Assembly: GCA_000182565.2 (NCBI GenBank)
Contig: KQ257457.1
DNA: 64,000 nt
Direction: 5' to 3' (one strand)
Source of the DNA: Spizellomyces punctatus DAOM BR117
Lineage: Eukaryota
In this document: in pieces, positions 49,477 through 57,110 of the stretch
Position numbering within the stretch: position 1 is the first letter of the stretch
Layout: each line of letters begins with the position of its first letter
Notes under the pieces: model-generated
What the model saw: the letters and a program-made list of their open reading frames with translations, nothing else
The model's database searches: none
What the model was told of the DNA's origin: nothing
Made by a program: the position numbers and the translations under genes

Positions 49477-49521
49477 TGATACAGTGCAGATAAGCCGTAC
49501 GGCTTATCTGCACTGTATCAG
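49476..49521. repeat. Perfect 46-bp palindrome at the element terminus (44 bp TG...CA if the shared C at 49476 belongs to the target)
   Basis: CTGATACAGTGCAGATAAGCCGT|ACGGCTTATCTGCACTGTATCAG; 23-bp arms, no loop, no mismatch. Confidence 0.97.
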
Positions 49522-49632
49522 CCGGCTTATTTATGATTATAAGCTGGCTTATTATTCTATATACCCGGCTTATTATATATTACATCAGCCCGGCTTATTA
49601 TATTTAAACGCCCACTCCATATTTAAACGCCG
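49501..49632 (+). repeat. Subterminal iteron-like direct repeats
   Basis: GGCTTAT at 49501, 49524, 49546, 49567 and 49592 (spacing 21-25 bp), then two ATATTTAAACGCC copies. Confidence 0.85.
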
Positions 49633-49745
49633 TGTCAATTTAACTCAAACGTGGTTCTAACCACTCGGACCCCATCTCGAACACACCAATTTCGAATAGT
49701 TTTTTCCCTTCATACTTTGCCAGCATTTTTTCCATGATTGCCCCA

Positions 49746-50234
49746 TCATGTGCTTTCGAATCCTCCTTCAGTTACTGATACACACGACACCTTCAGTCTC
49801 AATACATTCCGTTGCATGCGATAGATGGCGGAAATCTGTGTCACCTGGTCTTCCGTGTATCCGGCATTCATTAGCTCCTTCTTGATATCGTTTGTAAGCG
49901 CCCCCAACTTCTCCTCTACTAGCGATGCCACATACATATTCGAGCCATCTTCACCAATGATTGACCGGATACCTAAGTCCACCATCTTCCTTTCAATCGC
50001 CTCCTTACTCCGTCGATTCCCTGTTACTATCTTTTGGTACTTCTCATTGTCAACCGTTAGTTGGTAGAATCTCTTAATGTCAAACAGCTCCTCTCCACTA
50101 GCTCTCCTTATCAATTTCTGAGCCGCAAGGCGACTCAGCGCGCTCGAAGGAGCACTGTCCATGGTTAATCGATGCCGTGTGAATCGCTCATAATCGTAAT
50201 TGTTTTGGTGGGCAGGGGAGGGACATTGAACCAT
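49746..50234 (-). CDS. Hypothetical viral protein (162 aa)
   Basis: Intronless ORF in the viral element; no recognised motif; contains an in-frame double-hairpin element. Confidence 0.55.
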   Translation of the reverse strand: MVQCPSPAHQNNYDYERFTRHRLTMDSAPSSALSRLAAQKLIRRASGEELFDIKRFYQLTVDNEKYQKIVTGNRRSKEAIERKMVDLGIRSIIGEDGSNMYVASLVEEKLGALTNDIKKELMNAGYTEDQVTQISAIYRMQRNVLRLKVSCVSVTEGGFEST

Positions 50235-50639
50235 CGACTTTATGCAAAAACTTGGACTTGCTATTGATAGTTGCTTTTCCCACTTTACATCAGCAGATTA
50301 CTACACGTACGACTCACGTGATGCACCTTCCTAATATGGTAATCAACTATCGATAGATTCACTTTGCAAAGCAATTCATGTGATTTGCCATGTCCCAGAC
50401 ATGTTAGTCCCCCGATCATGACTCAGCTTCAGTTAGCCAATCTTGATCGTAATTCTTTAAATACAGCTTTGGTTTCCGAGGTCGCCTACGGCGAAAGTAA
50501 AGGAACATTCAATGGCCACACTACGCGTCCTCGCTTGAGCCTGCGCTCAGCGCGCTCCGAAGGGAGCGCTGTCCTTCATAAGTGTGGAGTCAGACGGTGT
50601 AAATGAAAGTGAATGGTGACTCGATTCCGCATATACTAA

Positions 50640-51130
50640 AATTAGGGGGGCCTGTTTGGGGGGCCTGTTTTNNNNNNNNNNNNNNNNNNNNNNNNNNNNN
50701 NNNNNNNNNNNNNNNNNNNNNNNNNNNNNNNNNNNNNNNNNNNNNNNNNNNNNNNNNNNNNNNNNNNNNNNGCCTCTCCATATATGATTTAGCAGCTAAT
50801 CCCCGTCGAGTCAACTTATCGAGTGATAAAAAGGGGGGCCTGGGGGGCCTGTTTTTTGGACATTTGGGGTCTACAGAGATGTTCTACTAAAGTAAAAATA
50901 GGAATAATGTGTTTGTTGTTTTTTACTCTGCTTTTTTCATTCCAAACAATCTACTTTCGAAAAAACAGGCCCCCCAAGCCCCCCCTAAAAAACAATGAAT
51001 TATACTACATATATCTACTCCATATATTCTCTCTTTTTTCATAGCTCTCTTCATACATCGAGTAAAAAAAAACAGGCCCCCCACATGCCCCCCACATGCC
51101 CCCCACGCCCCCCTAAAAACAATCAATTAT
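50640..51130. repeat. Direct and inverted G6/C6-tract repeats (GGGGGGCCTGTTT / AAACAGGCCCCCC) downstream of the primase-helicase gene; spans an N-gap
   Basis: G-tract units at ~50644-50671 and ~50833-50857; complementary C-tract units at ~50960-50990 and ~51064-51120. Confidence 0.8.
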
Positions 51131-51145
51131 ATAGTCCCTCTCTTT

Positions 51146-53956
51146 TCACTCACGCAATCGGATTCCTATGTAAAAGCGAGTTCCCTTGATTTTCTTTTCC
51201 TTCAGAACTGAACTAAGTTCCTTGTGAAATTGATTTGCACTAAGTGGTTCTTTGGTGCTCCCGAAGAATTGTATGTAGTAATGTTTGTACAATTCCTTTT
51301 TTTCAACTCGATTGTTCTTCATATCCGTTTGGTAATCTACCAGCATGTACGTCTTCTCCAGCCATTTTGCGGCGCTTAGACTGTTCATCAGGTTCCTCTG
51401 TGTAAATTCCATCACAGCAGGAGGGGTTTCTATTTCGAACGCCGATGGTATCCCAAAGAAAGTGGTATAATATTCGAAAAGCATTAAGATGAATTCGTCC
51501 CTGTAGGCGGGTGAGGAGAACAACCGCTTAAGTGACCTATCTATGATTTTTCTCGAAGTTGGGCTGTCCTCCGTTTCGTCATCCGCGACTTCATCTCCTT
51601 CATCTTCATCTCCTTCCTCCTTATTATCTTCATCAGCATCATCGAAGCAGAATGGATATTCCTGCACCCGAGCGTGCATTGCAAGGGCACGCTCCACTTT
51701 GTCAAACTTGATGTCCTCGTTCGTTTGAACATTAAGGAGACCAGTGATGGGAAATGATATGGGTTTTCCATGCAATGACCGGACCGTTTGTCGGTCATCA
51801 CCGGACGACCAGCGTTTAATGATTTCTGCTATAAAATAGTCACCAGGACTAGTCTCGGAAGTGGATAAGTACCTCTTGCCAAAACAGTTGTACAACTGAG
51901 CGTTGGGAGCATCAACGGTTGCACTTTCCATCGTTAAATTCTTCTTGTCAACCGCATAATAGTATCCCCCAAATGCCTGGTCAATCAAAGTATTTTCTGT
52001 ACCTTTTCCATTGCGACCTCCCCCCTTCAACACCATGAAGATTTCGTCCACAATTTTACCATAGAGGCAGCGACACACTATGTGGAAGCGATAGTTTACC
52101 AGGTCACGAGAGGGAAAGATGCTTTCATAGAAAGAGAGAATATGTTCGCGTATCTCTGGGTTGGTTTTTCTCGGATATGGATAACCACAGGTGAAAAGGA
52201 TGTAATCATCGGGTCGAATATCTCGAAACGTACCTGTGTTCAGTTCATATACGCCATCTGTGAAGGCAAATAGTTCTGGTTTGGAAAGGAAGAGGTCGAT
52301 GCATTTATCGTTTCTCGGTTGCAAACGGTCAACATTTTTGGCCACTTGCACTGAAAAGTTGTTCATTTCAATATCGCGACGGAATGATGCCAAGAGGTCT
52401 TGGAGCAATGAAACATTGGTCTCTTGACCATCATCATCGGCATCCTGGATGAGTCTCTGAAAGTCGGCAATAAGGGTATCGGCGACTTGAAGATTAACAT
52501 CGCTATCTGCAATGTTTTCTTGCTTATACCAGATATTGTCTTTTCCAAGGATAAAGCAGATTCCGCTGGAATGCTTGAAGATAGTGTCTTTCTTGATCTC
52601 CACAAACCATTCAGCGGTGTTCTTGTGGGTGGGAACCAACACTCGCCGAAAATCAAACCTTTTCCATTGCGGAAGGCGACGCAACTCATCAATATCCAAT
52701 TCTTCCCTGGCGTCTCTCTTTCTCTTCTTCGGCTGTTCGGCAATAGGTTCTTCATTCACTTCAGGCGGAACAGTTAGATGGAATTGGTCGAGGAAACTCT
52801 GAGAAAATTCCATGGGCTTCTCGGACAATCGGATGGAGTAACCGGTTTCTGCCAAGATATATTGTTCGCATTCATGCAAGAGGTTGACGTCAAACAATCT
52901 ATCAGTTCCAGGCTTGCGTCTGACCTGAATTCCATCATAAATCAACACATCCACAGAATATTGGATATCGGTGAAAAACTCGTGCATCGACCACATGATA
53001 CAATTTTCGACGGTGTGGTAAACGAGGCTAAGGAACGACCCAGCACGATTCTGCTTCTTACGTGAAGTCCTCAGCCAAATATCAGGAAACTGTTTTTGGA
53101 GAAGCGGCACCAGTTTTTGGTATACGAAGGAGTGAATGGCAGCGACTTGCTTGTTGAAATTGGTGGCCTTTTTTTCACAGTTAACAATTGCTATCATGTC
53201 TTGTTTGTTCATCTTCCATTCACTCAATAATGTGTCACGATTTTCAACGTAATCATCCAAGTGGGGGCAGAATAGGTTATTTGATTTGCTTAGTTCCCTT
53301 AATACAGTGAATTGAGCATTAACCATATCAAGATCATGGTACTCGTGTCCGCAAAGGTAAGCACGGAAAGGGAAGGTACGAGCAGGGGTCCCTTGAAGTG
53401 AACTAGGGTTTACCTTTTCACCGTCGTCATTGTTCAAATGGAAGCAACGACATTGTGCATATAAACGTCCGATGCGTAAATCACGGTTATTCTCTGAAAA
53501 GTTATACTCCACATGGTAGTCGTTGGGGCCAACCCGTCGTTTTTTGAATGAGCGGAAAAATCTTTTGTATTCTTCAGATACGTAGGGAGAGTTCAAGATT
53601 TCCCTCAATCTAGCATCCGACACGAATTCAAACTTTTCGATGGGCAGTTGCATTTGTGCAGATTGAGTGACCGTGGGTATATCACTGTTATCAACAGGAA
53701 AGAGCAGAGGGTCGTGACCAACTTCGTTATTATCCTCGATGTTCTCGTTCGTTTGCTTTTCGGTTTTAATTTTCTTTTTATCAGGTAAGGATGGTGGCGC
53801 CTTGGTTTCAACTCCCTTCTTGTGCTTCTGGGGAGTGAATGTACCATCGGCGTCAACAACAAAAATTTCTTCTTTCGCATCTTCAACAATTAACAAAGGT
53901 ATATTTTTGCGAATCGCAATGACTTTAGGCGCTTTCTTGCTGGATTGAGTTTGCAT
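51146..53956 (-). CDS. TVpol (PolA-family-like primase/polymerase) fused to D5_N and a superfamily 3 helicase (936 aa)
   Basis: IGRLYA..SSLQG..RAYL..YHDLDMVNAQ (motif A), HTVEN, VLIYDG (motif C); D5_N LFAFTDGVYEL..FRDIRPDDY; Walker A GGGRNGKGT, Walker B LSTSE, IIKRWSSGD, motif C LNVQTN. Confidence 0.88.
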   Translation of the reverse strand: MQTQSSKKAPKVIAIRKNIPLLIVEDAKEEIFVVDADGTFTPQKHKKGVETKAPPSLPDKKKIKTEKQTNENIEDNNEVGHDPLLFPVDNSDIPTVTQSAQMQLPIEKFEFVSDARLREILNSPYVSEEYKRFFRSFKKRRVGPNDYHVEYNFSENNRDLRIGRLYAQCRCFHLNNDDGEKVNPSSLQGTPARTFPFRAYLCGHEYHDLDMVNAQFTVLRELSKSNNLFCPHLDDYVENRDTLLSEWKMNKQDMIAIVNCEKKATNFNKQVAAIHSFVYQKLVPLLQKQFPDIWLRTSRKKQNRAGSFLSLVYHTVENCIMWSMHEFFTDIQYSVDVLIYDGIQVRRKPGTDRLFDVNLLHECEQYILAETGYSIRLSEKPMEFSQSFLDQFHLTVPPEVNEEPIAEQPKKRKRDAREELDIDELRRLPQWKRFDFRRVLVPTHKNTAEWFVEIKKDTIFKHSSGICFILGKDNIWYKQENIADSDVNLQVADTLIADFQRLIQDADDDGQETNVSLLQDLLASFRRDIEMNNFSVQVAKNVDRLQPRNDKCIDLFLSKPELFAFTDGVYELNTGTFRDIRPDDYILFTCGYPYPRKTNPEIREHILSFYESIFPSRDLVNYRFHIVCRCLYGKIVDEIFMVLKGGGRNGKGTENTLIDQAFGGYYYAVDKKNLTMESATVDAPNAQLYNCFGKRYLSTSETSPGDYFIAEIIKRWSSGDDRQTVRSLHGKPISFPITGLLNVQTNEDIKFDKVERALAMHARVQEYPFCFDDADEDNKEEGDEDEGDEVADDETEDSPTSRKIIDRSLKRLFSSPAYRDEFILMLFEYYTTFFGIPSAFEIETPPAVMEFTQRNLMNSLSAAKWLEKTYMLVDYQTDMKNNRVEKKELYKHYYIQFFGSTKEPLSANQFHKELSSVLKEKKIKGTRFYIGIRLRE

Positions 53957-54004
53957 ATTGGTTATTTTACTTCCGGGTTTTTTTGTGAACTAACCATTTC
54001 GTAC

Positions 54005-54018
54005 CAATCTTTATATAA
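54005..54018 (-). promoter_or_regulatory. Shared TATA-like promoter motif TTATATAAAGATTG upstream of the primase-helicase gene
   Basis: The identical 14-mer lies at 55898-55911 upstream of the RING gene, at nearly the same distance from the ATG (49 vs 46 nt). Confidence 0.6.
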
Positions 54019-54123
54019 GCATTTGAATGCACATCGGAGCTATTTAGGCAACATCGGTCGCCGATGTAAAATGCGTTTATTTAAACAAGCACGATTTTGG
54101 TACATCAATAATATACAACGAAA

Positions 54124-54327
54124 ATGCCACACTCAAAATTTGATTACACTGGGATATTCGAAAAGTACGGGATTACCCAGACATTCCACGCTCCATCATT
54201 GCGGCAGTTGTCAAAGATGATGGATATCTCAGAGATGACTATGAGAAAGGCCGCAAAAATGAATGGAGAACTGTATCCCCGTGCAATCATACCTTTGAGA
54301 GTCTCGAAGGTTCCAAAGCAGAACTAA
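54124..54327 (+). CDS. Small viral protein, possibly HTH DNA-binding (67 aa)
   Basis: SLRQLSKMMDISEMTMRKAA resembles a helix-turn-helix; AAAATG start context. Confidence 0.5.
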   Translation: MPHSKFDYTGIFEKYGITQTFHAPSLRQLSKMMDISEMTMRKAAKMNGELYPRAIIPLRVSKVPKQN

Positions 54328-54485
54328 GTTCGATCATCCTTATAATCCTCAATCAAACTCTCCCTCATCCGCTTACTCCGCTCTTCAAGGTAGCATTGGA
54401 GACAAAGAGGTCTCCGTTGACAAGGAACCTTATCATACTCTCTGCCACATTTTTTACATTGACGTTTTGCTATGCTAGTTTCCAT
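54324..54485 (-). CDS. Small CxxC...CxxC zinc-ribbon protein (53 aa; below the ORF-track cutoff)
   Basis: METSIAKRQCKKCGREYDKVPCQRRPLCLQCYLEERSKRMRESLIEDYKDDRT*. Confidence 0.55.
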   Translation of the reverse strand: METSIAKRQCKKCGREYDKVPCQRRPLCLQCYLEERSKRMRESLIEDYKDDRT

Positions 54486-54563
54486 TTTTTAGACTTGATC
54501 TGAAAGTGTTTAAGTATGAACGAACTCACTCTAAATTTTTTTGAACCACTGTGTTAACATATC

Positions 54564-54735
54564 AATGGATTTAACAACTCCCGAAACGAAAGTCGAAACA
54601 CTGAAAAAAAGGCTACGTTGGCTGAATGATTTATGGAAGGAGGCAAGGACAACTGAGAAACGCCTCGCCATTCACCAAGAAATCGAGCGAGTTAAGTTCG
54701 AATTAAAGGAACTTGGGTATATGAGATACTTTTAA
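54564..54735 (+). CDS. Small coiled-coil viral protein
   Basis: MDLTTPETKVETLKKRLRWL..EIERVKFELKELGY; amphipathic helical pattern. Confidence 0.45.
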
Positions 54736-54789
54736 ATGGCTCAACGCAATATATGCCGCATTTTTTTTTTATTTTTATAAGGAATAGCC

Positions 54790-55032
54790 ATGTTCTGTAG
54801 TACATCCGGATTGACCAATGTTCTTGTGACACTTTTTGTTGTAGTCGCCATAACTTGTTATGGCTTGACAGAATTGATTAATTGGACAGATGGTTATAAA
54901 CAACGCCTGGTCTATCAGGAAAGATACCAACAGAAAGAAAACCTGCGCGATGCATTGGAAATCTTGGAAGACGAATTTGAATGTTATTGCAAGAACAGAA
55001 ATCCCACATCAGATGACGCGCTAGCCGTGTGA
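54790..55032 (+). CDS. Small single-pass membrane protein (80 aa)
   Basis: N-terminal hydrophobic stretch VLVTLFVVVAITCYGL; its stop codon is the first TGA of a double-hairpin element. Confidence 0.5.
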   Translation: MFCSTSGLTNVLVTLFVVVAITCYGLTELINWTDGYKQRLVYQERYQQKENLRDALEILEDEFECYCKNRNPTSDDALAV

Positions 55033-55396
55033 GCCGCCGCAAGGCGGCGACTCAGCGCGCTCGAAGGAGCGCTGTGAGCGCTGTAAACGAGATTATGATC
55101 AGTAAACATGTCCGGAACATGATAAATCACGTGCATTCTCCTCGGCACGAGACTAAACTGCCTGGCGAGTAACAAGACCGACCGACGAATATCATAGTTA
55201 TTGTTTTTAAATCTGGTTGATTCAGACTGTTCTTTAGGCTTTCTCAGACAGCGCTGAGCCGCCGCAAAGGCGGCGACTCACCCAAAAGAAAGCACAGGTC
55301 ATGGTACTGACCGAACAATAAGAAAGTACCACCACAGCTCCTTCGAGCACATCGAGCTGCGCCGCAAGGCTTCACAGCTTTTAAAATTGATATAAA

Positions 55397-55852
55397 TCAC
55401 AGATACATCAAAGTAAAGTTTGTCAAAGGATGTCTACACATAGGACATCTACGACTATTTTCTTGGTTTGAGTTGTAGTAATCGACGAAACAACGTGCAC
55501 ACATATGATGTCCACACTCAAAGATGATGGGAATGTTATTCGCATCATTGTAGCTTTCGTAGCATATCAAACATTTCAACTCTGCCCCTGCAAATGTCCT
55601 GTTTTCTTCCCGAAGCCTTTGAGCAAGTTCTTCAACCCGTACTCTCAGATCCGGTTCATGCAAATGCAGCTCTTCCATAGGAGGTCTGTTTTCATCTAGA
55701 GCCCAGCGCATAGCACTATATAGTCCCCTGATGGTCATTCCACGAGTTCGTGCGATCAGGCGACAGGAAGTGAGATAGTTCCACTTCTCATCGTCATTCA
55801 GTCTGTTGAAGTGGGCTCTGCCCATGTGATATATCTGCTGAGCAGTAGGCAT
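55397..55852 (-). CDS. RING-finger (C3HC4-type) putative E3 ubiquitin ligase
   Basis: CLIC..ECGHHMCARC..RCPMCR. Confidence 0.88.
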   Translation of the reverse strand: MPTAQQIYHMGRAHFNRLNDDEKWNYLTSCRLIARTRGMTIRGLYSAMRWALDENRPPMEELHLHEPDLRVRVEELAQRLREENRTFAGAELKCLICYESYNDANNIPIIFECGHHMCARCFVDYYNSNQENSRRCPMCRHPLTNFTLMYL

Positions 55853-55950
55853 CGAGATTTTAGAAAAAGAGAGATTTTATTAGACATTTACTTCTGTCAA
55901 TCTTTATATAAACCTGAGTAAGTGCGAATCTATCTATAGCTTCGCCTTTG

Positions 55951-56042
55951 AGCTACGCATACAACATGAAACTACGGATACAACATGAAACTACGGATAC
56001 AACATGAAGCTACGCATACAACATGAAACTACAGATACAACA
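55951..56042 (+). repeat. 19-bp tandem repeat (~4.7 copies) between the divergent RING and recombinase genes
   Basis: Unit CTACG(C/G)ATACAACATGAA(A/G) starting at 55953, 55972, 55991, 56010 and 56029. Confidence 0.92.
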
Positions 56043-56129
56043 GACAGACTATCAATAAAGATGAAATAAATTTCTTATATTAAGTGATAAACCGGCTTAT
56101 ATCCTTTAGAATACAAATCAGCCCTGAAA

Positions 56130-57110
56130 ATGGAACAACACAATACCGAATCTGCTCTCTATGATACTCTATGTAACATCCTTAACAGGATCAACCAGTC
56201 TGCAAAAACCACGAAAAATGACAAGTCGCGCCTAAACCAACTCAAAAGCCATAATCTTCTTTCATTATTCGAAACGCCTCAGATACTTATTTCGACGATT
56301 AAGGAAAAATGGCCGAATGACAATACGAAGAGCAACTATATCAAACTCGTATCGAAACTATGTCGTAATGCTAAAAAGGGGGAAAAGGCAATGATCCTTC
56401 ATCTAGCAGAGGATGCAATGGACGACCTTGATGGTCATTTTACGGACACATTCCACTCTCACTTCAAGAATGTGACATATGAAAAAGTCAAACAATTCAA
56501 AACTCAGGCTGCATCCCAAGAGATGACCCAGGAAGATTTCGCAAATTATGTCCCTTACAGCGAACTCTTAGCAGGATTGAAAGTGGCTCTCACATTCATT
56601 AATGAACAAAATATAGTGGAGCATCAATTTCTAATCGCGCTTGGGATGAACCTGGACGCTGATAAGATTCGTTGTAATGATATTTTCAAAGCGATGATCA
56701 GCGAAGACGCTAATGTTACGGTGAACAATGAAGGGAAAACTGTCTTCATCCGAAAATGCAATAAGACTGGTGAAAAGAATGTCCTTATTCAGATGGGAGA
56801 CACCATTCAACCATACGTTAACATGTTAGCAAATGTTAGAAAGGCCAATGAGCAAACGCGTCTGTTCCTGAAACCTGATGGAAGTATCCCCACCGATGCC
56901 TGGTGTAGTGACGAATTTGCTAACGCTATGGAACGAATCTTTAAAAAGCGTGTAACTCAGAGACGAGTTCGAATTTCAATGGGCATTTATCTTTCTGAAA
57001 AAGACAATGGAGACCATGCGTACCAAAAATCAATCGAGCACAGAATGGGTCACACATACGAAGTCCATCAACGCTATTACAATTTGTTCAAATCATTTAA
57101 TGCAAATTAA
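56130..57110 (+). CDS. Tyrosine recombinase of the PLV/virophage (OLV11-like) type
   Basis: Catalytic order R (KIRCND), K (CNKT), RxxR (QRRVR), H (RMGH), Y (HQRYY); helical N-terminal core-binding region (NTKSNYI). Confidence 0.75.
   Translation: MEQHNTESALYDTLCNILNRINQSAKTTKNDKSRLNQLKSHNLLSLFETPQILISTIKEKWPNDNTKSNYIKLVSKLCRNAKKGEKAMILHLAEDAMDDLDGHFTDTFHSHFKNVTYEKVKQFKTQAASQEMTQEDFANYVPYSELLAGLKVALTFINEQNIVEHQFLIALGMNLDADKIRCNDIFKAMISEDANVTVNNEGKTVFIRKCNKTGEKNVLIQMGDTIQPYVNMLANVRKANEQTRLFLKPDGSIPTDAWCSDEFANAMERIFKKRVTQRRVRISMGIYLSEKDNGDHAYQKSIEHRMGHTYEVHQRYYNLFKSFNAN

Noticed and set aside
55951-56042. 19-bp repeat as a mini-CRISPR
   Set aside because: Head-to-tail units without spacers; a simple minisatellite
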